Source of the DNA: an uncultured Nitrospirales bacterium
GTDB lineage: Bacteria; Hydrogenedentota; Hydrogenedentia; Hydrogenedentales; JAGMZX01
Direction: 5' to 3'
DNA: 61,801 nucleotides
Assembly (NCBI GenBank): GCA_964569295.1
Contig: CAZMVU010000006.1
Location: 1-61,801, forward strand
The notes below the pieces were generated by a model. That model worked only from the letters and a program-made list of their open reading frames with translations, was not told the DNA's origin and searched no databases. Positions 43,421-53,697 of this stretch are shown here, in pieces (positions within the stretch are counted from its first letter, which is position 1; every line of letters begins with the position of its first letter). Made by a program: the position numbers and the translations under genes.

Positions 43421-45625
43421 GTGCTGGAATACAAGCCCTCCCCCCTACTTTGGGGTCCGCTACGCCGGGGGTATCTCCTGGCAATGCTTGTCATCGCCTG
43501 CACCGCGGCGGCGGATAATACCGCCCTCGAGGCCTGCGGTTATCCGCCAAACGACTATACCCTCGTCTATACATGGCAAGAACGTGCGTCCGCGCATGAC
43601 GCCTTCGTGACGGGCTACCGCGTGCGCGCCCACGCCGATGGCGCCCTTACGGATGTGTACCGGCTCGGAGACCACTGCCTCGATTCCCGAGAAGCGGCAA
43701 CGCTCGGGATCGCGCACAAAAACTGGCAACCCCGGCCGGTGCGCGCCGCCGCAACGCTCGTACAGCCGGGCGCGCGCAAAGCGCAAAAGCGGACCATGCG
43801 CGTGCCGGAAGGCAATGTGGCTTTCGCCAAGCACATTGCCGTCTCACCGCCGGAATCGCCCGCGGACTTGCGTACGAAGGCCGACGGCGCTACCAACAGC
43901 AAAGGCGTGCTGCAAATTGGCGAGTACCGGCCCATGACGCCCCCGCTCTCCGTCACGACCACGCGCACCGGCGAAGCCCCATGGCAACGTTTGCCGAACG
44001 GTGACCGCTTGTGGGCGGCCCTGGTGGAAGCACCCGGAGCTTCGGGCCTACGCCTCGGCTTCACGCATTTCGAGCTGCCCCAGGGTGCCTATGTCATGGT
44101 GTACAACCTGCTTCACCCGGAAGAAGCCTATGGCCCCTTCGACACGATCGGCGCGGATCGCGATGTATTGTGGACCCCTACATGCTTTGGAGAGCGCGTG
44201 GTCGTGGCCTGCCGGGTACCGGCCGGCGCCGCCACGGGCCCCGTGCGTCTGGCGGCGGAAAAGGCCGTGTATGTTTATGCCGGTTTCGCCGGCTTCTTGC
44301 GCGAGAAGGGAAGTGCGGGAAGTTGTAACCTCGATGTTACCTGCTACCCCGAATGGGCGGATACGGCGACGGGCGTCATGGGGCTCGGCATGCTTGGCCA
44401 GGACGGTTTTCTCTTCTGCACAGGGTCGCTTATCGCGGACGTTAACCCGTTTGAAGATCTCGATTTGGTGCTCACGGCCAACCACTGCGTGGGCAACGAC
44501 GCCGAGGCCGACACGCTCGAATTCTATTGGTTATACCAAACGGCCACATGCGACGGCGCAGCGCCCGACCCGGCCACGGTACCGCGTACCACCGGCGGTG
44601 CGGAGCAACTGGCCAATATGGACGGCGGCGCCAGCTCCTGCGCATCCGGCAATGATTTTTCCCTGCTCGAAATGCGCAATGCGCCCCCCGCCGGCGTCAC
44701 CCGCCTGGGCTGGACCACCACACCGCCGCCGCTGGACACACCCACATCCTGCATCCATCACCCCCGGGGCGATTTCAAGCGCATCGCGTTTGGCGTCCTG
44801 ACCGATACAGACAACGCGTGCAGTCCGTACTACCACGAGAGCACCTGGTCCGAGGGCACCACCGAGCCCGGTTCATCGGGCAGCCCCCTTTTCATTACCG
44901 AGACCCAGGAAATTATCGGCCAGCTCTGGGGCGGCGGCGCCTCCTGCTTGACCCCGCTGGAACCTGACTATTATGGACGCTTCAATGTAACCTACCCCAT
45001 TATCGAGCAGTACCTGCACGCCGTGGAAGCCCGCTTCGCCGTTGCTCAGGTCAGTGCCATCGAAGACAGCGGAACCGTTACCATTCCGATCACGTTGAGC
45101 AGGGCCGTAACCGCAAACGGCGCCATGCTGTATTACACCGTCGAGGGGGACACGGCGGAAGCGGGCGCCGATTTTGTCGTGCCCAGCGGAGAACTGGCCC
45201 TCCTGCCAGGCACCCTGAGCGCTGAAATCGTTATCGATTTGATTCCTGACATCTTTACGGAGCCCGATGAGCAATTGACCGTGACCCTCGAGAGCGGCAG
45301 CTTTACCGCCCTGGCCCCCGCCGCACGCACCGCCACGGTCACCATTGAGGATGACGATCCGGATGACGACGGCGACGGTCTGTCAAACGCTGTCGAAATA
45401 AGCGGGTACTACGGCCCGCCCACCGACCCGAACAATCCCGACACGGATAGCGACGGCTTGACGGACCGCCAGGAGTTGCTCGAAACCTTTACGGATCCTA
45501 CACGCCGCGACACGGACGGCGACGGCATCGATGACTATGACGAGTTGTTGCTGGGGCTTGATCCATTGGACAGCTTCGACGCAGACAAACTGCCCTCAAT
45601 CGTGGTGCCCTGGTTCTCGCGATAG
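43421..45625 (+). CDS. Paralogous S1 serine protease with Calx-beta and Asp-rich (TSP3-like) calcium-binding repeats
   Basis: TANHC, DFSLL, GSSGSP; Calx-beta pattern (GDTAEAGADF...VTIEDDD); DxDxDG repeats. Confidence 0.88.
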   Translation: MLEYKPSPLLWGPLRRGYLLAMLVIACTAAADNTALEACGYPPNDYTLVYTWQERASAHDAFVTGYRVRAHADGALTDVYRLGDHCLDSREAATLGIAHKNWQPRPVRAAATLVQPGARKAQKRTMRVPEGNVAFAKHIAVSPPESPADLRTKADGATNSKGVLQIGEYRPMTPPLSVTTTRTGEAPWQRLPNGDRLWAALVEAPGASGLRLGFTHFELPQGAYVMVYNLLHPEEAYGPFDTIGADRDVLWTPTCFGERVVVACRVPAGAATGPVRLAAEKAVYVYAGFAGFLREKGSAGSCNLDVTCYPEWADTATGVMGLGMLGQDGFLFCTGSLIADVNPFEDLDLVLTANHCVGNDAEADTLEFYWLYQTATCDGAAPDPATVPRTTGGAEQLANMDGGASSCASGNDFSLLEMRNAPPAGVTRLGWTTTPPPLDTPTSCIHHPRGDFKRIAFGVLTDTDNACSPYYHESTWSEGTTEPGSSGSPLFITETQEIIGQLWGGGASCLTPLEPDYYGRFNVTYPIIEQYLHAVEARFAVAQVSAIEDSGTVTIPITLSRAVTANGAMLYYTVEGDTAEAGADFVVPSGELALLPGTLSAEIVIDLIPDIFTEPDEQLTVTLESGSFTALAPAARTATVTIEDDDPDDDGDGLSNAVEISGYYGPPTDPNNPDTDSDGLTDRQELLETFTDPTRRDTDGDGIDDYDELLLGLDPLDSFDADKLPSIVVPWFSR

Positions 45626-45738
45626 CGTGCCTCGCCAGGTAGCATTCTGCTCCCGCTCCCAGACACAGGGCCAGCCGCCGCTTCACCGCACCTCGAGGGC
45701 GCGGACGGAAAACAACGCGCCGACACCAGGCAACACAG

Positions 45739-47610
45739 TCACAGCCGTGCGAGTAATTGGCGGGCCCGCGCGCTGCCCGTGTGGTGCTTGCGCAGGTGCT
45801 CGTGGCCAGCCCGGGCAATGCGCAGGCAGACATCGGGGTCTTCCAGAAAATAATCGAGCTTACGTTCGAGATCAGGCAGATCCTCGAAGAAGACCGCCTG
45901 TTCGCCGTCTTTGAAGTTGTCTGGAATGCGTATGGGCATGCGTTCCGAAAGCAGCATGCAGCCATGGGCGGGCAGTTCCCAGTACCGCACGGTATCAAAG
46001 CCGAAGCCAAAACAATTGAGCCCAACGCGGCTTTCATGCAGGCGCCTGGAATACACTTCCTGGGGATAGCTTTCTACGAAGCGCATGTCATAGCGCGCCT
46101 CGATATGATCGATATAGAGCCGGCGCAGACCGGAGCAGCGGTGGCCGGCCCAGAACAGGCGATCAGGCCGGAGTTCTTCCGGAGGCGGCCCCACGAGCGC
46201 GTCGGGATAACCGAAAGGCAGCGGATAGGCGCCGGGGCCGTAGTCCCAGCAGGCAAGCATCTCCCGCTTGAAATAGGCGGACACGAGGGACAGGCCGGTA
46301 TGGGCGCACACCGCCGCCCGCATATCCATGGGCTCGTCCAGGGCATCCACGACGAAGACCGGTGTTTGTCCAGCGGCTTCTAAGAGGGGGCGCACCATGT
46401 CCTCGGGCAGCTCGCACTCGCAGTCACCATAAAGCACAAGGTCAAAACGGCCAGCCTTGAGATCCGCAAGGATGTGCGGGTAATCACAATCGTGCTCGGG
46501 CCGTTGAAACACACACGGGTAATTGGCGAAGGTAGGTTCGGGGCGGCCATGCAGCGAGGGCTTGGCGGGAAAGTCTATCACATGTTCCGGTCCAACCACG
46601 CGGCAAAGACCGTCATAGAGCACATCGATTCCATAGTGCATGCGCGGGTGAATGAGGAAGAGCACCCGGGGCGTTTTTTCGCCGGCGCTCTGACGCCACT
46701 GCGGGGCGTGTTCCGGCGTTGGGGCCGGCGCCGTCTCGGGGTAGTGCCTGCACTGTTCCTCAGCCGCATTGTCGTGGGCAACGTGCAGTATAGAGCGGAG
46801 TATGCGCCGCGCCATGTGGGGGTTGCCAATGGCGCGCCAATTCTCGGCGTTGCACTGGTAAGGCGCGTGCAGCAGGGGGCGATTCGCCGTGACCTTGTCC
46901 CCAATCCGCTGGATGCGGTGAAACAGAGAAAGCGGATCATGGCCGGGGACCCGCTCCTTGAGCATCGCCAGCAAGCAGAGCTGCCGGTCGAGTTGCACAG
47001 AAAGGCGTACCTCCGTGGCATCGAGATACACAGCCGGAATACGTTCCAGGACGTCGTTGGCGGCTGCGGGATCTCCCGCGTCAAACAGGGCCCGGGCGTG
47101 GTCCACGGGGTTGTACTCATCCGGCACACAGCACAGCAGGGCGTCGCCGTTCGCATCCCAACGCGCGTACTCGGAAAGGCCCGCTTCGTGCAGGGCCGAT
47201 GCCGGAAAAGGACCGCTGCCCTCGGTGAGCCGCAGGAAGAGCCAGCCATTCCGCGTGAGCGCACTGGCCGCGAGCGTTATGAAGGCCGGAATATCCGCCT
47301 GCCAGGGCGTCGAATCGGTGATGATGACCGCGTCGAAGCGTGGCTCTCCTGCCAGAACGGCCTGGGGGTGGTTGGTGGTTTGTGAATCGGCGGCATCCTC
47401 ATTCGCGACCACGCCATCGATAAGGCTTGCCGTGGCGCTGGCCGATATCCCGGGCGGCAGCCATGCCCAGGCTACGGCCTGCCGGGTGCGTTTGAGCAGG
47501 GCGCATAGCAGGACGGCATCGACGCCGGCCACCAGCACACGTTGCGCAAAGGCGGGCAGATGCGCGAGCAGTCCTACGTTCTCACCGGGGTATCGTTCTG
47601 CATCACTCAT
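45739..47610 (-). CDS. Glycosyltransferase (CgeB/Glyco_trans_1_2-like C-terminus) with degenerate methyltransferase-like N-terminus
   Basis: GLNCFGFGFDTVRYWE...GCMLL...RIARAGHEHL..HHT...RA; N-terminal FDAVII...L..NGWLFL; ATGA overlap with ligase gene. Confidence 0.7.
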   Translation of the reverse strand: MSDAERYPGENVGLLAHLPAFAQRVLVAGVDAVLLCALLKRTRQAVAWAWLPPGISASATASLIDGVVANEDAADSQTTNHPQAVLAGEPRFDAVIITDSTPWQADIPAFITLAASALTRNGWLFLRLTEGSGPFPASALHEAGLSEYARWDANGDALLCCVPDEYNPVDHARALFDAGDPAAANDVLERIPAVYLDATEVRLSVQLDRQLCLLAMLKERVPGHDPLSLFHRIQRIGDKVTANRPLLHAPYQCNAENWRAIGNPHMARRILRSILHVAHDNAAEEQCRHYPETAPAPTPEHAPQWRQSAGEKTPRVLFLIHPRMHYGIDVLYDGLCRVVGPEHVIDFPAKPSLHGRPEPTFANYPCVFQRPEHDCDYPHILADLKAGRFDLVLYGDCECELPEDMVRPLLEAAGQTPVFVVDALDEPMDMRAAVCAHTGLSLVSAYFKREMLACWDYGPGAYPLPFGYPDALVGPPPEELRPDRLFWAGHRCSGLRRLYIDHIEARYDMRFVESYPQEVYSRRLHESRVGLNCFGFGFDTVRYWELPAHGCMLLSERMPIRIPDNFKDGEQAVFFEDLPDLERKLDYFLEDPDVCLRIARAGHEHLRKHHTGSARARQLLARL

Positions 47611-49193
47611 TCCGTCTCCAGTCCCAGTTCCTTCTTCAGCGCGACCTTGCTCACCTTGCCCGTTGGAAGAAGCGGCAGGTTGGAACGTATATCGAACTTC
47701 TTCGGCGCCTTGAAGTTGGCGAGGTGCGCCTTGCAGTGGTCCCGCAGTTCGCCGGCCGTTACCTCATAGCCGGGCTTGAGCATGATGAAGGCATGGCCCA
47801 CTTCATCATAGAAGTCGTCGTGCACGCCGATCACTGCGGCAAAAAGAACCGCCGGGTGATGCTCGAGGACTTCCTCGACTTCACGGGGAAACACATTCTC
47901 GCCACCGGTCTTGAACATCTCGGAACGGCGGCCGGTAATGTAGAGATACCCCTGCTCGTCGAGATAGCCCATGTCGCGGGTGTAGTACCACCCGTTGTCA
48001 TCGATAACCTCGGCCGTGGCGGCGGGATTGTTGAGATACCCTTTCATGACGGTGTCGCCCCGCACGGCGATCTCCCCCACTTCGCCCGCCGGCAGGGGGT
48101 TATGCTCATCGTCGACGATGCGCAGTTCAAACTCCGGGGCAATCTTGCCGGCCGCATGGCGCAGCACATCGATGGGGTCTTCGGGGTGGCTGTACGTCAC
48201 GAAGCCGCACAACTCGGTCGAGCCGTAGCCGGTCATGATGGCGGCGCCGGTTTGTGCTGCAATCTGGTGCAATGCGCCCAGCATAATGTCGCCCGCAGCG
48301 GAACCGGACCATACGAAGGCGCGCACGGACGACCAGTCCATCTCGCGGAACTTGGGCGCCTGCATCTGCATGAGAAACATGACGGGCACCTGCCCCACCA
48401 CGGTGATGCGCTCCTGCTCGATGACCTCGAGCGACTTCTGCGCATCGAAGCGGTCCATGAGCACGAGCGTGCCGCCGCCGTAGATGCCCGTAAAGCCAAT
48501 CTCGACATCCGCGGCGACGTGGTTGATCGGGAAATGGATCAGGGCACGGGCGTTTTCATCGAAACCGAAGTGCTTCCTTTCGACGGCCACATTGGCGAGA
48601 ATGCTCTGGTGCGAGTGCAGGACACCCTTGGGTTTGCCCGTCGACCCGGAGGTGTACATGAGCAGGCATGCAGCGTCGGGGTCCGTCCGGACCGCGCGCT
48701 CCTCGAGTTCCCCGGCATATTCGGGGCGCGGCCGTGCGACGAAATCGGCGTAGCGGTCTTCGTGTGGCTGGCCACCAAGAATGAGCACCTTGCGCACGCT
48801 GGAGAGACCATCAGCGAGCATACGCGCGCGCGCCGCTACGTCGGCACCCTGGAAGGTATCCTGCGCGACAAGCAGGCACGGCTGCGAATCGTTAAGCAGA
48901 AACTGCAACTCTTCCATGCTGAATTTTGGCGACATACCAACCCAGATGGCGCCCACCTTGGCCGCGGCCATGAAGCTAATGAGGAATTCGGGGCGTGCCA
49001 TGGAGAGCATGGCCACGCGATCGCCCCGTTCCACACCCACCTCGAGAAAAGCGTGGGCCGCCTTGTCCACGGCATCCCGGAATTGGCTCCAGGTAAGGCG
49101 CGTGCCTTCGAACACAATCGCCTCGGCATCCGGCTTACGCTCCGCCCAGTAGTCGACATACTGCCAGAGCAACGGCATATTCTGTTCACCCAT
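47607..49193 (-). CDS. Acyl-CoA synthetase (ANL adenylate-forming enzyme)
   Basis: YTSGSTGKPKG, GYGSTE, TRDMG, GGENVFPREVE, LPTGKV. Confidence 0.93.
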   Translation of the reverse strand: MGEQNMPLLWQYVDYWAERKPDAEAIVFEGTRLTWSQFRDAVDKAAHAFLEVGVERGDRVAMLSMARPEFLISFMAAAKVGAIWVGMSPKFSMEELQFLLNDSQPCLLVAQDTFQGADVAARARMLADGLSSVRKVLILGGQPHEDRYADFVARPRPEYAGELEERAVRTDPDAACLLMYTSGSTGKPKGVLHSHQSILANVAVERKHFGFDENARALIHFPINHVAADVEIGFTGIYGGGTLVLMDRFDAQKSLEVIEQERITVVGQVPVMFLMQMQAPKFREMDWSSVRAFVWSGSAAGDIMLGALHQIAAQTGAAIMTGYGSTELCGFVTYSHPEDPIDVLRHAAGKIAPEFELRIVDDEHNPLPAGEVGEIAVRGDTVMKGYLNNPAATAEVIDDNGWYYTRDMGYLDEQGYLYITGRRSEMFKTGGENVFPREVEEVLEHHPAVLFAAVIGVHDDFYDEVGHAFIMLKPGYEVTAGELRDHCKAHLANFKAPKKFDIRSNLPLLPTGKVSKVALKKELGLETE

Positions 49194-49216
49194 AGTCAGA
49201 AATCTCCCCCCGTTTC

Positions 49217-50104
49217 TTACGGGTTGCGCAACGTCACGGCGCCGTCGCGCACGGCTTTGCGGCCGCCGGCGTTCAGCACCTGGAAATGAATGGTCTCCAG
49301 TCCATCACCCGGTTCACGCACCAGCGCCTCGATGCGGATATCCTCGCCCGGACGCACCATGTCGGTGAAGCGGCAAGCCACCCCTTGCAGGCGCGCCGGG
49401 TCGCCCTGCGCCTCGCGGTCGAGCACAGCCTTTACCGCATGGGCCAGGGTTGCCGTGCCCTGGTAGATGGGCCCCGGCAGGCCCACGGCATGGGCGAAGG
49501 CCACGGAGCTGTGAATCGGAAAATGAATATCGGCGCAGTGGTCATAGACCCACGGCGCGAGTACGTCGATGTGCACGTCCTCTTGCCAAAGCGTGTGCTT
49601 GTGGGCGGGCGCACGCTCGGGCATGGGGATGAGATCTCCGCCCCGCCCGCCATCGGTGCAGCGGACGTCCCGCAGCAGCCCGCCGATAAACTCGGTGAAG
49701 ACCCGCTCTTCGTTCTGGTTCACTGCGTCGAAGCGGATGACCAGGTAGGCACCCATGCGTTGCGGGGTGATCGCGGCCACTTCACCGGCGAGGGAGAGCT
49801 TATCCCCCGGGCACATTGGGCGATACCAGTGCAGCACTTCGGTATAGTGAACCTGCCGGGTCAATACTTCGACAGGAAACTCCTTCACGTCCCAGTAATT
49901 GGCGAAATCCGCGGCCATCTGCCAAGTAAGGGCGACCGCAAGCATGGGCGGCGCCACGATCCCCGCCGGGCGTTCGTCGTCGAAATAGCGGGGGTTCGCA
50001 TCGCCGATGGCGGCGGCATAGCCCATGGCGCGGCGGCCGGTAATCTCAGTTACCAGCGGACGCGCGTGCAGGCCGGTAAACTGCGAAGTGAGTTCCATTG
50101 TCAA
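49217..50104 (-). CDS. Double hot-dog MaoC-like (R)-specific enoyl-CoA hydratase
   Basis: YAAAIGDANPRYFD..APP; DIHFPIHS..FA..GLPGPIYQG. Confidence 0.8.
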   Translation of the reverse strand: MTMELTSQFTGLHARPLVTEITGRRAMGYAAAIGDANPRYFDDERPAGIVAPPMLAVALTWQMAADFANYWDVKEFPVEVLTRQVHYTEVLHWYRPMCPGDKLSLAGEVAAITPQRMGAYLVIRFDAVNQNEERVFTEFIGGLLRDVRCTDGGRGGDLIPMPERAPAHKHTLWQEDVHIDVLAPWVYDHCADIHFPIHSSVAFAHAVGLPGPIYQGTATLAHAVKAVLDREAQGDPARLQGVACRFTDMVRPGEDIRIEALVREPGDGLETIHFQVLNAGGRKAVRDGAVTLRNP

Positions 50105-50271
50105 CGGCGTCTCCTGTTAAAGTATGCCGGTTCGGCTCCGCTCGAAGGGATACCGCCCCAAAGCGGTTTTCTTGTTTTTGAACGCATCGCCTGCCCACAG
50201 GTGGTGCCCGCCTCGTGATCTTGCCAGCGGACAAGGTAGCATGTTGAAGGCGCGTATGAAAAGGTGCGGGG

Positions 50272-51819
50272 TCAGCGGCCGTCGAGCGCACTCCACGCGG
50301 GGACTTCATCGAGTTCAATACCAAAAACCAGCCGGCCAAGGGTAAATGTGGCCAGCGTGATAAGCAGAATGCCCACGAGATTGAAGGCCAGGCCGGTGTG
50401 CAGCATATCGGGTACACGCAGGCGGCGTGTGCCGAACACGATGGCGTTGGGCGGCGTGGCGACAGGCAACATGAAGGCAAACGAACAGGCCAGCGTGGCG
50501 GGAATCATGAGCAGGAGCGGGTGCAGGCCAATGCGCACCGCCAACGCGGCGATAATCGGCAGGATCACCTGCGACGTGGCAGTGTTTGACGTGAGTTCCG
50601 TCAGCAACGACACGGCAAGGCAAATAATCATCACCAGGGCCAGCGGATGCAGGCGGCCCAGGGTGTCGAGCTGCGCCCCCACCCAAGCGCTGAGCCCGGA
50701 AGTCTGAAAGCCGGCCGCCAGTGCAAAACCGCCGCCGAGCAGCAGGATAATGTCCCACGGCAGGTCGTGGGCGGCATGCCAAGTCATTACACGTTCGCCG
50801 GGGCGGGTCGTCGAAGGCAGCAGGAACAGCAGCACCGCCATGGCAATGGCGACCGTGCCGTCTTTCACCAGGCTCGGGTTCGAAAACAGGCTGGCCCACC
50901 CGAGCAGGTGGAAGCCGCCGATTTCAAGGCCGGGCCGCGTGAGCCAGAGAAGCGCGAGTGCGGCGAACACGGCCGCGATCATTTTCTCTTCCGGGGTCAT
51001 CGGGCCAAGCGCGGTGTATTGTTCCCGAATCACCGACCGATCAAGGTGAAAGCCCTCCGTGCCGCGGCAAAACACCGTGGACAGGACCACCCACAGAATC
51101 CCCAGCAGCACCAGGGCCAGGGGAAAGCCGAACACAAACCAGTTCGCGAAGGTGATCTCCGGGGCTTCGGGGAACATCTCGGTCAGGATGCGGCTGAAGG
51201 CAAGGTTGGGCGGCGTCCCGATGAGCGTGGCCACACCGCCGATGCTCGCGCTGTAGGCAATGCCCAGCAAGAGCCCTACGGCATAGCGCTGAAAGGCGCC
51301 ATTGCCCTGGTGGTCTTCTTCGAAGCGCATGATGATCGCCATGGCAATGGGCACGATCATCATGGTGGTCGCCGTGTTCGATATCCACATCGAAAGGAAG
51401 AAGGTCGGCAGCATGAAGCCCATGAGCATGTAGCGCGGCCGCATGCCGAAGAAGAGCAATAGCCGCAGGGCGATCCGGCGGTGCAGGTGCCAGCGCTGCA
51501 TGGCCAGGGCCACAAGAAACCCGCCCAGAAAAAGGAAGATGACATCGTTCACATAGCGGCTGGCAACATCGCCGGCGTCCAGGATGCCCAGCGCGGGAAA
51601 CAGGATCACCGGCAGCAGCGCCGTAATGGCAAGCGGCGCCACGCCCGTCAACCACCAGATGGCCATAAGCAGTGCCACGGCCGCCGTGCGCGTGACCTCC
51701 GGGTGGCCGGGGTCCAGGTCGGCAAACAGCACCACACCCAACGCCAACACGGGTGCGCCAATCAAGACCGCATGGTGCCAACGCGGCGCCGGCTGTCCGC
51801 CGATGATGTCCTCGTCCAT
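50272..51819 (-). CDS. DASS/SLC13 Na+/dicarboxylate or sulfate symporter
   Basis: SMWISNTAT, GTPPN, TELTSNTAT, PVATPPNAI; many TM helices. Confidence 0.93.
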   Translation of the reverse strand: MDEDIIGGQPAPRWHHAVLIGAPVLALGVVLFADLDPGHPEVTRTAAVALLMAIWWLTGVAPLAITALLPVILFPALGILDAGDVASRYVNDVIFLFLGGFLVALAMQRWHLHRRIALRLLLFFGMRPRYMLMGFMLPTFFLSMWISNTATTMMIVPIAMAIIMRFEEDHQGNGAFQRYAVGLLLGIAYSASIGGVATLIGTPPNLAFSRILTEMFPEAPEITFANWFVFGFPLALVLLGILWVVLSTVFCRGTEGFHLDRSVIREQYTALGPMTPEEKMIAAVFAALALLWLTRPGLEIGGFHLLGWASLFSNPSLVKDGTVAIAMAVLLFLLPSTTRPGERVMTWHAAHDLPWDIILLLGGGFALAAGFQTSGLSAWVGAQLDTLGRLHPLALVMIICLAVSLLTELTSNTATSQVILPIIAALAVRIGLHPLLLMIPATLACSFAFMLPVATPPNAIVFGTRRLRVPDMLHTGLAFNLVGILLITLATFTLGRLVFGIELDEVPAWSALDGR

Positions 51820-51894
51820 GTTCCCGTCCCCGCGTTTTTTGAGGGGGGCTGGCGGCTTTCCCTTGCCTAACGAAAAGCTCCCCCAGCAAAGAGC

Positions 51895-53202
51895 CTACAC
51901 AGCCGGCCGGCCGATGCTGAAGTAGCGGAAGCCGTTTTCCTGCATGATCTTTGGGGTGTAGAGGTTGCGGCCGTCAAAAATGACGGGATCGGCCATAATC
52001 TGGGCCATACGCTCGTAGTCGGGCCGGCGGAACTCGTTCCATTCGGTGCATATGGCCAGGCCGTGGGCGCCTTCGAGGGCATCGTAGTATTTGCGCGCAA
52101 GCGTGACGCGGTCGCCCATGCGCTTACGGATGGCGGGAGCGGCTACGGGATCATAGATAACGACCTCTGCGCCCCCCTCGATCAATCGATCAATCAGGGC
52201 CATGGCGGGGGCGCCGCGGCAATCGCTGGTGCGGGGCTTGAAACTCACGCCCCACACGGCGATCCGCTTGCCCGCCAGGGTGTCGCCGTAGTAGTCGATA
52301 ATGCGGTGGATAAACTTGCCGAACTGGCGTTCATTGACGTTCCACACGGCCTCGAGCAAATCGCTGTCGCGTCCGGCGGCGTGGGCCATACTCATGAGCG
52401 CGCGCAGGTCTTTGGGCAGGCCGGGTCCCCCGAAGCCCAGGCCGGGGAAAAGGAACTTGGGGCCGATACGTTCATCGGCCCCGACGCCCTCGCGCACATG
52501 GCTCACATCCGCACCGAAGGCTTCGCATAAGTCCGCAAGCTGATTCATAAGGGAAATGCGCGCGGCGAGCATCGCGTTGGTGGCATACTTGGTCATTTCG
52601 GCGCTGCGCTGGTCCATCGCGAGGAAGGGGCGGCCCGTGCGCAGGAACGGTGCGTAGAGCTCTTTCATAATCTCGCGCACGCGCACATCCGCGCAGCCGA
52701 TAACAATGCGGTCGGGGCGCACGAAATCGTCGACGGCCGCGCCTTCTTTCATGAAATCAGGGTTCACCACAATGTCGAAGTCGTGCGTGGTGTTCTCCTG
52801 CATGATCCGGGCGAATTCCTCGGCGGTACCGGGTGGCGAGGTGCTTTTGTTGACAATGATGCGGTAGCCGTCCATGGCCCGGGCAATGCGTGCGATGGCC
52901 TGGTAAATCTCGCTGAGTTCGGGTTTTCCGTCGTCGGACGCAGGCACCCCCACACACAGAAAAACCACGAGGCATCCCGCCACGGCTTCGGCAATGTCGT
53001 CGGTAAAGATGAGGCGCTCTTCTTCGATGTTGCGCTGCAGGAGCTCTTCGAGGCCCGGCTCATGGAATGGCAGCATGCCCTTGGCAAGGGTTTCGATACG
53101 TTCGCTCTTGCGGTCAACACAGGTGACGATGTGGCCATGTTCGGCCAGCCCAACGCCGTTCACAAGGCCCTGGTAGCCAGTTCCGACAATGGTAATTCGC
53201 AT
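51895..53202 (-). CDS. UDP-glucose/GDP-mannose dehydrogenase family protein lacking the catalytic Cys
   Basis: GTGYQG, NKST, AEMTKYATNA, FKP, FDGRN; GFGGPGLPKD in place of GxGGSCxPKD. Confidence 0.9.
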   Translation of the reverse strand: MRITIVGTGYQGLVNGVGLAEHGHIVTCVDRKSERIETLAKGMLPFHEPGLEELLQRNIEEERLIFTDDIAEAVAGCLVVFLCVGVPASDDGKPELSEIYQAIARIARAMDGYRIIVNKSTSPPGTAEEFARIMQENTTHDFDIVVNPDFMKEGAAVDDFVRPDRIVIGCADVRVREIMKELYAPFLRTGRPFLAMDQRSAEMTKYATNAMLAARISLMNQLADLCEAFGADVSHVREGVGADERIGPKFLFPGLGFGGPGLPKDLRALMSMAHAAGRDSDLLEAVWNVNERQFGKFIHRIIDYYGDTLAGKRIAVWGVSFKPRTSDCRGAPAMALIDRLIEGGAEVVIYDPVAAPAIRKRMGDRVTLARKYYDALEGAHGLAICTEWNEFRRPDYERMAQIMADPVIFDGRNLYTPKIMQENGFRYFSIGRPAV

Positions 53203-53274
53203 GACGGTACGGGTCTCCTCCCGCCGCGCAGACGGCAATCACTTCTTCCCCATTCAGCAAGCAAGCGTGAAGAT

Positions 53275-53697
53275 TCACGCGTTCTCTTCGTCGTCGTTCC
53301 AGGCGGCTTCCTGCGCCTGGACATCAAGGGCGCGCTCGAAGCGTTTCACGCTATTCTCCACGCCCTCCTCGTGAAGCGCGAAAAGTTTATCGAGGTTCGT
53401 GATCTCGAAGACTTCACGAATCGTGGGCGAAATCCCACACAAGCGCATCCGGCCGCCCACCTGCTCGACGGCCTTATTGAGCCGCAAGAGCTCGGTAAGC
53501 ACCGCACTCGACAGGTAGTCCACGTGCGTAAAATTCAGCAGCAGGTTGATGCCGGGCTTGTTACGCACACGTTCCAGCACTTCGTTGCCGAATTCGACCA
53601 CATTGAGCGCGCTCAAGACGCTCGAAGCGCGCACAGTCGCGACGGTAATCCGGCCCATCTGGGTGTAGTCGATGAGTTGTTCTTCATTGCTGGGCAT
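53275..53697 (-). CDS. STAS anti-sigma factor antagonist (RsbV/SpoIIAA-like)
   Basis: LNFTHVDYLSSAVL, VFEITNLDKLF. Confidence 0.9.
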   Translation of the reverse strand: MPSNEEQLIDYTQMGRITVATVRASSVLSALNVVEFGNEVLERVRNKPGINLLLNFTHVDYLSSAVLTELLRLNKAVEQVGGRMRLCGISPTIREVFEITNLDKLFALHEEGVENSVKRFERALDVQAQEAAWNDDEENA

